A stretch of DNA of 64,000 nucleotides from an uncultured Chloroflexia bacterium (GCA_963704775.1 CAVPHR010000006.1:339760-403759), one strand, 5' to 3'; shown: positions 20,465 to 30,469, counted from the first letter of the stretch. Notes: generated by a model not told the origin, from the sequence alone. Translations and numbers: made by a program.

Positions 20465-22290
20465 TTGATCAGTCGATGGCCGTCACCGAACACGTCACGC
20501 CGGCAGTCCGTGCCCTGCGCGTCCCACGACCGGGCGCGCGGCGCGACGCTTCGTGCTCGGCACGCTGCTCGGATCGCGGTCGTCCTGGTCGGGCTCGCCG
20601 CCTACGGCCAGGCCTATGCCGGCCGCATCCTGCCGGGCGTTCGCGTCGGCGGCGTCGATGTCGGTGGCCTGACCCCGTCCGACGCTCGCCAGGCGCTGGT
20701 CGCCGCCCTCGGTCCGCTCGAGGAGGGCAAGGTCACGGTCGGCTCGTGGGTCGGCTCCGTCGACATCGCCATACGACCAGGTCGGCCGCAAGGTCGACTA
20801 CGACGCGATGGTGGCCAGCGCCGCACGCGGTCGGTCGCGACGGCACGCGCTTCGCCGAGACCGTGACCGGGCTGCGCGCGCTGCTCGAACCGGTCTCGAT
20901 GCCGCCCGTCCTCACCGTCGACCGCGGGCGGCTGGATCGCCGCGCTCGCGTCGTACGGCCGCGCGGTCGCCCGCGGGAACGCTCGATGCGAGCGTCGTCA
21001 CGACGAGAAGGGCTACGCGATCCGGCACCAGATCGATGGCGTCCAGGTCGACACGACCGGCGTGGCCACGGAGATCGAGCAGGCGCTGCTGGATCCGGCA
21101 ACGCCGCCGGTGTCGGGCGATGCGTGCCGATGCGCTCCCGGTCGAGCCCGGCCACGACCGACGCCGACGCGCATGCGCGCCCAGGCCATGGCCGACCAGG
21201 TCGCCGCCGACCTCGTCCTCGCCAAGGGCTCGAAGTCGTGGAAGATCAAGGCCGCGACCATCCGCGGCTGGATCACGTTCTCCGGGAGCGGGGCCGCCTA
21301 CGGGCCGCGCGTCGATCCCGGTCGACGTGCCGGCCGCGCTCAAGAAGGTCGCCAAGGACCTGAAGCGCAAGCCGACCGAGGCCGCGTACCTGCGGACCCG
21401 GTCCGGCCAGATCTTCGGGGTCAGCGCCTCGCGTCTCGGACGGGCACTGGACAAGAAGACGACTGCCGAGGCCGTCGTCGCCGCGCTCGCGCGCCCGCAG
21501 CCAGGGACGGGGACCGACGCCAAGGTCAAGGTCGCCACGGCCCTGGTCGCGCCGAAGCTCTCGACCGACGAGGCGAAGCGAAGGCCCCGCTGATGGTCAA
21601 GCTCGGGACCTGGACGACGCACTACCAGGTCGAGTGCGCACAACGGCTTCGGGGCGAACATCGCCGTGCCGGCTCGGAAGCTCGACGGGGTCGTCGTGCA
21701 GCCCGGCGCACTGTTCGACTTCTGGGGCGCCTCGGCGAGGTCAGCTTCCGGACCGGCTACCGGCTGGGCGGCGCCATCGTCGGCGGGCACTCGGTCGAGG
21801 GCAAGGCCCTGGCCGGCGGGATCTGCGCGGCATCGACGACGCTGTTCAACGCAGCGGCGCGCGGCCGGCCTCCAGATCGTGAGCCGCTCACCGCACTGGT
21901 ACTACATCACCCGCTATCCGCTGGGCCTCGACGCGACGGTGTCGGGCTCGCAGAGCATGCGGTTCCGAAACGACACGAAGTACCCGATCCTCATCAAGAC
22001 CCACGCTTCGGGGGGCACGGTCACCTTCGAGATCTGGAGCGTCCCGAACGGCCGGCAGGTCACCTGGAGCCGGCCCAGCGTCAGCAACGTGGTGCGCGGC
22101 TTCGACACAGTCAAGAAGACGTCCTCGCTGCGACGCGGCCAGACCGAGCGCATCGAGTGGCCCGTCGACGGCAAGGACGTGTCGGTCTCCCGGACCGTCC
22201 GCGACGCCGAGCGGCCGTGTCATCCACCACGACACGTGGGTGTCGCACTACCACCGGATGATCGGCATCACGCTGGTCGGCACGCGCTAG
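20465..22290 (+). pseudogene. VanW-family protein (N-terminal TM segment, PG-binding-like repeats, VanW domain), frameshifted
   Basis: Segments: IAVVLVGLAAYGQAYAGRILPGVRVGGVDVGGL, KSWKIKAATIRGWITF, KPTEAAYLRTRSGQIFGVSASRLGRALD, GGICAASTTLFNAAARAGLQIVSRSPHWYYITRYPLGLDATVS, MRFRNDTKYPILIKTHA (ORF 21666..). TAG at 22288-22290. Confidence 0.7.
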
Positions 22291-22355
22291 TCGGATCCGC
22301 CGCCGCGAGGCGAGCGCTGCCGCTGCCCATCCAAGTCCTTCCTCCGGGTGGAGGC

Positions 22356-22385
22356 TTGTCCCGGCTTCGATGACGGGGCTAGAGT
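22356..22385 (+). promoter_or_regulatory. Putative promoter TTGTCC, 18-nt spacer, TAGAGT
   Basis: The hexamers are at 22356-22361 and 22380-22385. The GTG at 22423 is preceded by GGGAGGCAGGAGGAGG. Confidence 0.4.
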
Positions 22386-22422
22386 TCCGTGCGAACCCCC
22401 GGGAGGCAGGAGGAGGACAGCC

Positions 22423-23704
22423 GTGCATACGTTCGCCCAGCCCAGGCGACGGACCCTGGCGCTCTGTGTCATGACCGTGGCGGTCCTCATCGCGGCCATG
22501 CCGATGGCGGCGTCGGCCCATCACGGGCACTCGCCGCGTCGGACGCCGATCGTCCTCTTCCCCGCCTGGCACTTCACCCGCCTCGAGGTCACCGTCCAGA
22601 ACCAGAAGATCGATCCGGCGTGCCCGAGCTCGGGGACGTTCGAGGACCTCGTCGGCTTCGATCCCGGGCCCGCCGTTCTCGCAGGTCTGCCGCGACGAGC
22701 TGCTGACCCTGCGCTACGACCCGAACCCGCACAAGCCGATGCGCCTGCGCTTCTCCGAACAGCGGGGCGTCAAGGTGGAAATCGCCGACTACGGCAAGAC
22801 GGCGAGCGCACCGGCCTACGAGCCGATGTACCAGGCGCTCGAGGCGGCCGGCTACACGCGCGACCGCGACATCCGGGTCGCCGGCTATGACGCTCGCCTC
22901 ACGCCCGACATGGGCGGGTTCCTCCAGCGGTCGAAGAAGCTGATCGAGGAGACATACCGCGACAACGGCGGGCGGCCGGTCCACCTGGTCGGCCATTCGA
23001 ACGGCCCGATCTACGTCCAGTACCTGCTCACCCACACGAGCCAGGCCTGGAAGGCGAAGTACATCCACGGCTTCACGCCGCTGGCCGGCAACTTCCCCGG
23101 CCAGGGTCTCGGCTACGCCCTGATGTTCGTCGGGGTCAACCTGCCCGACCTGGCATTCCCGGCGACCCCGGAGAACGGCGTCAGCAGCGCGCGGATGTTC
23201 CTGTCACATCCCTCGACGTTCATCACCGCGTCGGACCCGCGGATCTTCGGCGACAACGAGATCGTCATCCGCGACCAGTCGACCGGCACCGACTACACGC
23301 CCGAGGACTACCCCGCGCTGTTCGATGACGCGGACCTGTCGTGGGTGAAGCCGATCGCCGACAAGTACATCGGCTTCGTCGCGGTTCGCCGACCGGCCCA
23401 TTTCCCGAACGTCGACGTCTACGCCGAGAAGGGCTCGGGCTCGAGACGCTGGTCGGGCTCGGCCTGACGGACCTGACCGTCGGCCAGCTGGTGACCGGCA
23501 CGACCGAGTTCATCACCCGCGATGGCGACGTCAACCAGGAGGACATGACGAACGACGCCGTGGCGGTCTGGGCCGGCGATGGCGCTGCCACCACTTCAGC
23601 CTGACCGACAACCCGGGCGTCAACCACTTCGAGCTGCCCGAGATCCGGCGGTCCTCGCCCGGCTGATCGCGAACGCCAACGCACCGCGCTCACGGTGCCG
23701 CTGA
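22423..23704 (+). pseudogene. Secreted alpha/beta-hydrolase of the LCAT (lecithin:cholesterol acyltransferase)-like lipase family, frameshifted
   Basis: Signal-like LALCVMTVAVLIAAMPMAASA, PIVLFPAWHFTRLEV, AGYDARL, PVHLVGHSNGPIYVQYLL (GHSxG nucleophile elbow), FTPLAGNFPGQG (ORF 22739..23467). The C-terminus continues in two other frames (ITRDGDVNQEDMTNDAV). Confidence 0.6.
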
Positions 23705-23715
23705 ACGACGCCGGG

Positions 23716-23746
23716 TTGTCCAGAACGTCGGGTTCGGCTATAAAAT
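23716..23746 (+). promoter_or_regulatory. tRNA promoter TTGTCC, 17-nt spacer, TATAAAAT
   Basis: TTGTCC at 23716-23721. An AT-only octamer, tataaaat, sits at 23739-23746 in a GC-rich context and ends 11 nt before the mature tRNA 5' end. Confidence 0.55.
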
Positions 23747-23757
23747 CGGTCTTCGGC

Positions 23758-23832
23758 GGCGGAGTAGCTCAGTGGTAGAGCAGGGGACTCATAAGCCCTT
23801 GGTCGGTGGTTCAAATCCGCCCTCCGCTACCA
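23758..23832 (+). tRNA. tRNA-Met (anticodon CAT), with CCA encoded; a tRNA-Ile2(CAU, lysidine) identity cannot be excluded by eye
   Basis: Hand-folded cloverleaf: GGCGGAG TA GCTC AGTGGTA GAGC A GGGGA CTCATAA GCCCT TGGTC GGTGG TTCAAAT CCGCC CTCCGCT A CCA, 75 nt. Confidence 0.9.
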
Positions 23833-23844
23833 ACCTCGACCATG

Positions 23845-23878
23845 ACGACCCTCCCGGTCCGGGAGGGTCGTTTCAATT
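23845..23878 (+). terminator. Intrinsic terminator after the tRNA
   Basis: ACGACCCTCCC-ggtcc-GGGAGGGTCGT (11-bp perfect stem) followed by TTTCAATT. Confidence 0.75.
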
Positions 23879-23996
23879 CGGTTCGATGGTTGCGAATCCT
23901 TGTCCCGTCGCCGCGCCACCATCCACGCGTGGTGTCCGTCCGTATCCCCGATAAGTGCCATGACCACCGTCACGGGGCCGTCATGACTCCCGGCGG

Positions 23997-24002
23997 TATA
24001 CT
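23997..24002 (+). promoter_or_regulatory. Possible -10 TATACT upstream of ftsH
   Basis: Near-consensus hexamer 51 nt upstream of the TTG at 24054. There is no recognisable -35. GGAGG is the Shine-Dalgarno sequence before the start. Confidence 0.3.
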
Positions 24003-24053
24003 CGCAAAGCTGGCTGCGCACCGGCGTCGCCGCACATCCCGGAGGCTCCCTCG

Positions 24054-25958
24054 TTGAATCCCAAGTTCTTTCGCAACGGCATCGTCATGGTGGTGCTGGT
24101 GCTCGGCACGGCCGCGCTCCTCTTCACCTGGATCAATGCCAGCACACCGGCCGTGCCGGTCGGCTATTCCGAGTTCCTCAGCCAGGTCGCCGCAGGCCAG
24201 GTGACGGAGGTCACCCAGGAGGGCGACGTCCTGACCGTCAAGTCGAGCGGAAACCCGAGCAACTACACGGTCGTCGTCCCGAGCATCCTGACGCAGGTCT
24301 TCACCGACATGAACACGGCGGCATCGACAGGCGGCCACGACCTCGATCCGAAGGTCTTCAGAGCGATCAAGGCACCGGACACCTCATGGCTCGGTCTGCT
24401 CCTGACCGGGCTCCTGCCCCTGCTGGTCATCGGCGGCTTCATCTTCTTCATGATGCGCCAGGCCCAGGGGACCAATAACCAGGCCCTCTCGTTCGGCAAG
24501 AGCCGCGCGCGGATGTTCCTCGGCAGCAAGACCGTGGTGACCTTCGCGGACGTGGCCGGCGTGGACGAGGCCAAGACCGAGCTCCAGGAAGTCGTGGAGT
24601 TCCTCAAGTACCCGGAGAAGTTCAACTCGCTCGGCGCGCGCATCCCGCGCGGCGTGCTGCTGGTCGGACCTCCCGGCACCGGCAAGACGCTCATGGCCCG
24701 GGCCGTCGCCGGCGAGGCGGGCGTCCCGTTCTTCAGCATCTCGGGCTCGGAATTCGTCGAGATGTTCGTGGGCGTCGGCGCCAGCCGTGTCCGCGACCTG
24801 TTCGACCAGGCCAAGCGCAATTCCCCGTGCATCGTGTTCGTCGACGAGATCGACGCGGTCGGCCGCCAGCGTGGCGCCGGCCTCGGCGGCAGCCACGACG
24901 AGCGCGAGCAGACCCTCAACCAGATCCTCGTCGAGATGGACGGCTTCGACACGAACACCAACGTGATCGTCGTCGCCGCGACCAACCGGCCGGACGTCCT
25001 CGACCCGGCGCTGCTGCGCCCGGGCCGGTTCGACCGACAGGTCATCCTCGACCGGCCCGACATGCGCGGCCGGACCGAGATCCTCCGCGTCCACACCAAG
25101 GGCAAGCCGCTCGACAAGGGCGTCGATGTCGAGGGCGTGGCGCGCCAGTCCCCGGGCTTCTCGGGGGCCGACCTGGCCAACCTCGTCAACGAGGCGGCGA
25201 TCCTGTCGGCCCGCCGCAACAAGAAGGTCATCGGCATGTCCGAGTTCCAGGAGGCACTGGAGCGGATCGTCGCCGGACCGGAGCGCAAGTCGCGGCTCAT
25301 CTCGGACGCCGAGAAGGCGATCATCGCCTACCACGAGGGCGGTCACGCCGTCGTCCAGCGCATCCTGCCGAAGTGCGACCCGGTCGCCAAGGTGACGATC
25401 ATCAGCCGCGGCATGGCCCTCGGCTACACCATGGCCCTCCCGCAGGAGGACCGGTATCTCCAGTCCAAGACCGAGTTCGAGGACAAGATCGCCGGCCTGC
25501 TCGGTGGCAACGTCGCCGAGCGCCTGATCTTCGGCGACACGACCACCGGTGCCAGCAACGACATCGAGAAGGCGACCGACCTGGCTCGCCGGATGGTCAC
25601 CGAGTTCGGGATGAGCGACAAGCTCGGCCCGCTCTCGTTCGGGAAGCGCGACGAGCTCGTGTTCCTCGGCCGGGAGATCGGTGAGCAGCGCAACTACAGC
25701 GACGAGGTCGCCAAGACCATCGACGAAGAGGTCCGGGCGATCATCGACAAGGCCTACGAGCGGGCCCAGGAGGTCCTCACGACCCACAAGGACAAGCTCG
25801 TCGCCCTCGCCGAGAAGCTCGTCGCCGAGGAGACGGTCGACGCGGAGGGCTTCGAAGCCCTCTTCAGCGACCTGCCGCCGAAGGTGAACCAGCACGGCGC
25901 CCCGACCATCATCGGGCCAGGCCAGCCGATCCCCGAACCGAACCCGCAGCCGGCCTGA
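24054..25958 (+). CDS. ftsH: ATP-dependent zinc metalloprotease FtsH
   Basis: Intact 634-aa ORF. It has two N-terminal TM segments, Walker A GPPGTGKT, Walker B IVFVDEID, the SRH segment [20 protein letters not shown] and the Zn motif HEGGH. Confidence 0.97.
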   Translation: MNPKFFRNGIVMVVLVLGTAALLFTWINASTPAVPVGYSEFLSQVAAGQVTEVTQEGDVLTVKSSGNPSNYTVVVPSILTQVFTDMNTAASTGGHDLDPKVFRAIKAPDTSWLGLLLTGLLPLLVIGGFIFFMMRQAQGTNNQALSFGKSRARMFLGSKTVVTFADVAGVDEAKTELQEVVEFLKYPEKFNSLGARIPRGVLLVGPPGTGKTLMARAVAGEAGVPFFSISGSEFVEMFVGVGASRVRDLFDQAKRNSPCIVFVDEIDAVGRQRGAGLGGSHDEREQTLNQILVEMDGFDTNTNVIVVAATNRPDVLDPALLRPGRFDRQVILDRPDMRGRTEILRVHTKGKPLDKGVDVEGVARQSPGFSGADLANLVNEAAILSARRNKKVIGMSEFQEALERIVAGPERKSRLISDAEKAIIAYHEGGHAVVQRILPKCDPVAKVTIISRGMALGYTMALPQEDRYLQSKTEFEDKIAGLLGGNVAERLIFGDTTTGASNDIEKATDLARRMVTEFGMSDKLGPLSFGKRDELVFLGREIGEQRNYSDEVAKTIDEEVRAIIDKAYERAQEVLTTHKDKLVALAEKLVAEETVDAEGFEALFSDLPPKVNQHGAPTIIGPGQPIPEPNPQPA

Positions 25959-25983
25959 TCCGGCGCGGATCCCAGACCACCGC

Positions 25984-26020
25984 AACGAGCGGGCCGCCGA
26001 GGCCCGCTCGTTCGAATTCT
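25984..26020 (+). terminator. Intrinsic terminator after ftsH
   Basis: AACGAGCGGGCC-gccga-GGCCCGCTCGTT (12-bp perfect stem) followed by CGAATTCT. Confidence 0.7.
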
Positions 26021-26028
26021 GGGGCCGG

Positions 26029-26034
26029 TAGAAT
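26029..26034 (+). promoter_or_regulatory. -10 element TAGAAT
   Basis: Near-consensus hexamer directly after the ftsH terminator, 43 nt before the GTG at 26078, which has an AGAGG Shine-Dalgarno sequence. Confidence 0.4.
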
Positions 26035-26077
26035 GGCCCCCCACTCCCGTCGTCCAGCACCCCGACAGAGGCTGCCC

Positions 26078-27463
26078 GTGACCGACCCGAACGCCGCCCT
26101 CGACGCCCACCTCGACGCGACCCTCGACGCCCGGCTCGAGTCGTACAAGGCGTTCCTGCGGATCCCGAGCATCTCCGCGCTCCCGGCCCACGCGGCCGAC
26201 TGTCGCGCTGCGGCCGAGTGGCTCGCGGACGCGATGCGGACCGCGGGCATCGAGCATGTCGAGGTCTGCGAGACGTCCGGCCACCCGCTGGTCTACGGCG
26301 ACTGGCTGCATGCCGAGGGCGCTCCGACGATCCTGGTCTACGGCCACTACGACGTGCAGCCCGTCGATCCGCTCGACCTGTGGACCTCGCCCCCCTTCGA
26401 GCCGGTCATCGACGGCGAGCGCATGCTCGGACGTGGCAGCTCGGACGACAAGGGCCAGATCCACATCCACCTGATGGCCGCAGCCGCCATCCTCGCCACC
26501 CGCGGCGGCTTCCCGGTGAACGTGCGATACGTGTTCGAGGGCGAGGAGGAATCGAGTTCGAGCCACCTCGACCCGTGGCTCGAGGCCAACCGTGACCGCC
26601 TCGCGGCCGATGCTGCGGTCATCAGCGACAGCGGGTTCTTCGAGGGCAACGTCCCGGCCATCACCCAGAGCCTGCGCGGGATCATGTACGCGCAGATCGA
26701 CGTCGTCGGGGGTCCCCTCGACCTGCACTCCGGCGGGTTCGGCGGCAACGTCGAGAACCCGGCCAACGCCCTGGCCCGGATCATCACGGCCCTCAAGGGT
26801 CCGGACGGCCGGATCCTCATCCCGGGCTTCTATGACGATGTCGTCGCGATGACCGACCTCGACCGGGCGGCGCTCGCCTCGCTGCCGTTCGACGAGGAAG
26901 CGTTCCGACAGGAGATCGGCGTGCCGGCCCTTGTCGGCGAGGTCGGCTACACGCCGCTGGAGCGCCGGGGCGCGCGGCCGACCCTCGATGTCAATGGCAT
27001 CTGGGGCGGCTTCCAGGGAGAGGGGTCCAAGACCATCATCCCGGCCCACGCCCATGCCAAGGTCAGCTGCCGGCTCGTGGCCGCCCAGGACCCGGATCGG
27101 ATCTTCGAGCAGTTCAAGTCATTCGTCGATGCCATGGCCCCGCCCGGTGTGACCACCACGGTCACCCTGCTCGGCGGCGGCAAGGGGACGTTGACGCCGA
27201 TCGACCTCCCCGCGACCCAGGCGGCCGCCCGCGCGATCGAGGCGACATTCGGCCAGGCCCCCGTCTACATCCGGGAGGGCGGGAGCATCCCGGTGGTCGC
27301 GAGCTTCGAATCGGTCCTCGGCCTGCCGGTCGTCCTCCTCGGATTCACCCCGCCCAACGACCATGCCCATGCACCCGACGAGTGGATGGACCTGCGCAAC
27401 TACGAGACCGGGATCCGGACCGTCGTTCGCACCTTCGACGAGCTCGCGTCGATCCCTCACTGA
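26078..27463 (+). CDS. M20-family metallopeptidase (dipeptidase, ArgE/DapE/CPG2-like)
   Basis: Intact ORF. Segments: ILVYGHYDVQPV, GRGSSDDKGQ, VFEGEEESSS, REGGSIP, HAPDEW. The ORF track starts at the ATG at 26033, but that codon overlaps the -10, so I prefer the GTG at 26078. Confidence 0.85.
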   Translation: MTDPNAALDAHLDATLDARLESYKAFLRIPSISALPAHAADCRAAAEWLADAMRTAGIEHVEVCETSGHPLVYGDWLHAEGAPTILVYGHYDVQPVDPLDLWTSPPFEPVIDGERMLGRGSSDDKGQIHIHLMAAAAILATRGGFPVNVRYVFEGEEESSSSHLDPWLEANRDRLAADAAVISDSGFFEGNVPAITQSLRGIMYAQIDVVGGPLDLHSGGFGGNVENPANALARIITALKGPDGRILIPGFYDDVVAMTDLDRAALASLPFDEEAFRQEIGVPALVGEVGYTPLERRGARPTLDVNGIWGGFQGEGSKTIIPAHAHAKVSCRLVAAQDPDRIFEQFKSFVDAMAPPGVTTTVTLLGGGKGTLTPIDLPATQAAARAIEATFGQAPVYIREGGSIPVVASFESVLGLPVVLLGFTPPNDHAHAPDEWMDLRNYETGIRTVVRTFDELASIPH

Positions 27464-27475
27464 CGCGTCCGGGCG

Positions 27476-27501
27476 GGTGTCCGGTGGTTCTTCCGGACAC
27501 C
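27476..27501 (+). terminator. Hairpin GGTGTCCGG-tggttctt-CCGGACACC
   Basis: Perfect 9-bp stem, 13 nt after the M20 stop. There is no clear U-tract. Confidence 0.4.
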
Positions 27502-27575
27502 GGCCGCAAAGCGCGAGAAACGGCCTCCCTGTGCGGACTGCAGGGGTGCGGGTGGGTGATTCGGGCCCATTCGAG

Positions 27576-27584
27576 TGCTACCCT
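27576..27584 (+). promoter_or_regulatory. Extended -10 TGCTACCCT
   Basis: TGn plus TAnnnT, 37 nt upstream of the GTG at 27621. GGGGAGG is the Shine-Dalgarno sequence. Confidence 0.45.
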
Positions 27585-27620
27585 TTGCGTCACTGCACCA
27601 CTCGGGGAGGTCTGCACCAC

Positions 27621-28706
27621 GTGAGCACCGAAGCCGCTGATCTGAAGGCGGATCCGCAGCCAACATCATCCTGGCGACTCGATACCGACCACGGCAGCAT
27701 GGTGCCCCGGTCAGCCCTCGACGTGCTTGTCGACCTCAACGACAAGGTCGTCGGCGGCCAGGTCGGCGAATACCAGCCCGTGCCCCTCGGCTTCACCCCG
27801 ATGGACAAGACGATCGGCGGCGGCCTCCGGGCCGGCGAGCTGTTCCTCATCGGCGGCGCGCAGGGCACCGGCAAGACCACCATGGCCCTCCAGATGGCGC
27901 GCAACATCGCCTCCGGCGGCCAGGCCAACGTCCTGTACATCTGCTTCGAGCACGACGAGCCGTACCTCCTCAACCGCCTGATCGCGATGGAGTCGGCCCT
28001 CGCCCACCTGCCGCACAAGACGGGCGCGATCAAGATCGTCGACGTCCGCAAGGAGATCCTCGGCACGTGGATGGCCGAGGGTGCCGGTGGCGCCCAGCTC
28101 GCGAACAACCCGCGCCTGCGCCCGTCGCTCGACCGGATCGCCCGTTACGGGCAGAACCTGTTCCTGCTGCGCGGCTCGCAGACGGCCAGCACCATCGACA
28201 ACATCCGGACGCTCGTGCAGCAGCATCGGGCGCTGTCGGGCGATCGGCGACTCGTGGTGTTCGTGGACTACCTGCAGAAGGTGCCCCAGATCCCCGAGCC
28301 CGAGAACGAGACCGAGAAGGTCACCTACATCGTCAACGGCCTCAAGGACATCGCCCTCGCCGAGGACGTCCCGATGATCGCCATCGTGGCGGCAGACAAG
28401 GAAGGCCTGAAGGCCTCGCGCCTGCGCAACTTCCACCTGCGCGGCAGCTCCGCGATCAACTACGAGGCGGACATCATCGTCATCCTCAACGAGAAGTACC
28501 ACATCGTCGCCAAGGTCAACATCGAGTTCAACCCGTACCAGGCCCAGCGGTTCCGCGACTGGGTCATCGTGTCGGTCGAGAAGAACCGTGGTGGCCAGGA
28601 CAACGTGGACCTCGAGTTCGAGAAGCACTTCGAGTTCTCCTGCTTCGACCCGAACGGCCGAACGGTGCAGGAGAAGCTCATCGAGGAGCGGCTCTACAAC
28701 GACTGA
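27621..28706 (+). CDS. Stand-alone DnaB-C-terminal-domain / RecA-superfamily ATPase (no DnaB N-terminal domain)
   Basis: Intact frame. Walker A LIGGAQGTGKTTMALQMARNIA, Walker B RLVVFVDYLQK, and the DnaB-like segment LRGSSAINYEADIIVILNEKY. Only about 60 non-homologous residues precede the ATPase core. The GTG at 27621 was chosen for its Shine-Dalgarno sequence; the ORF track starts at 27363. Confidence 0.7.
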   Translation: MSTEAADLKADPQPTSSWRLDTDHGSMVPRSALDVLVDLNDKVVGGQVGEYQPVPLGFTPMDKTIGGGLRAGELFLIGGAQGTGKTTMALQMARNIASGGQANVLYICFEHDEPYLLNRLIAMESALAHLPHKTGAIKIVDVRKEILGTWMAEGAGGAQLANNPRLRPSLDRIARYGQNLFLLRGSQTASTIDNIRTLVQQHRALSGDRRLVVFVDYLQKVPQIPEPENETEKVTYIVNGLKDIALAEDVPMIAIVAADKEGLKASRLRNFHLRGSSAINYEADIIVILNEKYHIVAKVNIEFNPYQAQRFRDWVIVSVEKNRGGQDNVDLEFEKHFEFSCFDPNGRTVQEKLIEERLYND

Positions 28707-28713
28707 CGGCTGG

Positions 28714-29287
28714 GCCAGACTCCCGCCCGGCGGCGTCGTCGACGTCACCCTTCGACCATGGACCGACGCTGACCTGACGCTCCTGGAGCGGCTGCTCGGC
28801 GATCCGGCCATGACCGTCCACCTCGGCGGGCCGGAGTCTCCTGACGAGATCCGGTGGCGCCACGTCGGCCTACCTCGGCGTTGGGGACACGACCGCCGGG
28901 CGGATGTTCGTGGTCACGGCCGGGCCGGAGGGACTCGCAGCAGGCTCGACCGGTTACTGGGAGGTCGATCGGCAGGGCGAGACGGTGTGGGAGACCGGCG
29001 TGAGCGTGCTCCCCGAGGTGCAGGGTCGTGGCATCGCGACGCGAGCCCTGGTCCAGATCGTCGAGCGCGCCAGAGCGGAGGCCTGGCACGACTCCATCCA
29101 CGCGTTCACCGCGCTCGAGAACGAGCCGGCGAGTGCCCTCTGCCGCCGGGCCGGGTTCACCCTCGTCGGCGCGTGCGAGTACGAGTACGCGTCGGGCCAC
29201 GTGATGCGATGCAATGACTGGGTCGTCGAATTCCGACCCACCGCCCATGCCGGACCCGACACGAGACCGGGTATCGTGACGTCGTGA
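28714..29287 (+). pseudogene. GNAT-family N-acetyltransferase with one frameshift; start unresolved
   Basis: VDVTLRPWTDADLTLLERLLGDPAMTVHLGG (frame of ORF 28588..) continues as RMFVVTAGPEGLAAGSTGYWE...GVSVLPEVQGRGIATRALVQIVERA...NEPASALCRRAGFTLVG (ORF 28904..29287). The shift is near 28860-28890. No ATG, GTG or TTG lies in frame after the upstream stop. Confidence 0.7.
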
Positions 29288-29808
29288 AGAGTCCCGGGCC
29301 GTTTCCCGAGATCGTCGAGATCGTCGTCGAGATCCCGCGCGGGTCGCGCAACAAATACGAGTTCGACGAGGAGGTCGGCGTCTACCGGCTCGATCGGGTG
29401 CTCTCGAGCGCGGTCTACTACAACTTCGACTACGGCTTCATCGAGGGCACGCGCGCCGGGGACGGCGACCACACGGACGCCCTGCTGATCATCGACGAGC
29501 CGACGTTCACCGGGTGTCACGTCTGGGCCCGCCCGATCGGCGGCCTCGAGATGCGTGACGAGAAGGGCTTCGACTTCAAGGTCCTGTGTGTCGCCCTTGG
29601 CGACGCCCACCAGCAGCACATCGAGCGACTCGAGCAGGTCCGGCCGCACCGGCTCGTCGAGATCGAGCACTTCTTCCAGACCTACAAGGCCCTCGAGGAC
29701 AAGACCGTCGAGATGCTCGGCTGGCGCGAGCGCGAGCGTGCGCTGGAGGTCCTCGGCGCCGACCGCGTCACCTGGGAGCGTGAGACCGGCACGACCGTCG
29801 CGCGGTGA
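29284..29808 (+). CDS. ppa: Inorganic pyrophosphatase (family I)
   Basis: Intact 174-aa ORF. Segments: VVEIPRGSRNKYEFD, YNFDYGFI, DGDHTDALL, DEKGFDFKVL. The GTG overlaps the GNAT stop (GTGA). Confidence 0.93.
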   Translation: MKSPGPFPEIVEIVVEIPRGSRNKYEFDEEVGVYRLDRVLSSAVYYNFDYGFIEGTRAGDGDHTDALLIIDEPTFTGCHVWARPIGGLEMRDEKGFDFKVLCVALGDAHQQHIERLEQVRPHRLVEIEHFFQTYKALEDKTVEMLGWRERERALEVLGADRVTWERETGTTVAR

Positions 29809-30422
29809 CCGGTCCGCGACGGCGGTCGTGGCCGGGGGCGGATGAACCGGGCCGACGACTCTTCGTGGCCGTGCCGTTGCCGGCCGATGCGGCGGCCGAG
29901 GTGGCCGCACTCGTCGATCGGGTGCGGGCACCTGGCGTGCCCGGTGGGGGTCATGATGCCCGCTGGGTCCGGATGGACGGATTGCACCTGACGCTCCGCT
30001 TCATCGGCCCAACGCTCGAGGGCCGGGTGGAGGCGCCCGCGAGGCGGTCCGACAGGCCGGTGTCGGCCCGGCGTTCGACCTCGAGATCGAAGGCGCCGGC
30101 GCCTTCCCGTCGCCGGAGCGGCCCCGTGCGCTCTGGCTGGGCATCGTCGACGAGGAGGACGGCCTTGGATCGCTCGCCGGCCGGGTGGACGAGGCCCTCG
30201 TCGCGGCCGGCTGGCCGGCGTCGGACCGACCGTTCCGCCCGCACCTGACGCTGGCACGCTCGGACGGGATCGCCGCCGGCGCGGGCTTCGCCTCCCGGCT
30301 GATGGCCGAGGCGTCCGATCTGCACCTGCGATTCCGGGTCGACCAGGTCGGCCTGTTCGAGAGCCTGACCGGTGGGCGGCCCGGCGCGATACGAGCCTCT
30401 GGAGGTGGTCGAACTCGCCTGA
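29805..30422 (+). pseudogene. thpR: RNA 2',3'-cyclic phosphodiesterase ThpR/LigT (2H phosphoesterase), frameshifted
   Basis: RLFVAVPLP, then the first HxTx in GLHLTLRFIGP (ORF 29805..), then the second HxTx in FRPHLTLARS (ORF 30185..). The C-terminus ARYEPLEVVELA-TGA is in a third frame. The GTG overlaps the ppa stop (GTGA). Confidence 0.75.
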
Positions 30423-30460
30423 CAATGGGGCCCGTCTCTGACGCGGCGAGATGGCCCCGG

Positions 30461-30469
30461 TGCTACCAT
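30461..30469 (+). promoter_or_regulatory. Extended -10 TGCTACCAT
   Basis: TGn plus TAnnnT in the 100-nt gap before the GTG at 30525. Confidence 0.4.

Noticed and set aside
22423-24054. A possible genomic island or prophage junction at the tRNA-Met gene.
   Set aside because: There is no integrase, no direct repeat of the tRNA 3' end and no phage or IS genes on either side. The neighbours are a lipase and ftsH, each with its own promoter and terminator.
24384-26060. A 558-aa ORF on the minus strand, opposite ftsH. Similar long antisense ORFs are 25754..27055, 27711..28811, 28954..29931, 52819..54990 and 61707..63641.
   Set aside because: These are shadow ORFs caused by the lack of stop codons in GC-rich antisense frames. 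Their composition is dominated by Arg, Asp, Val, Leu, Gly and Ala. Each lies exactly opposite an intact, clearly homologous gene (ftsH, M20, DnaB-C ATPase, ppa, relA, typA).
26033-26077. The ATG at 26033 as the start of the M20 peptidase, as in the ORF track.
   Set aside because: That ATG overlaps the TAGAAT -10 hexamer (26029-26034). The GTG at 26078 has an AGAGG Shine-Dalgarno sequence, and the conserved region starts after it. The longer form cannot be strictly excluded.
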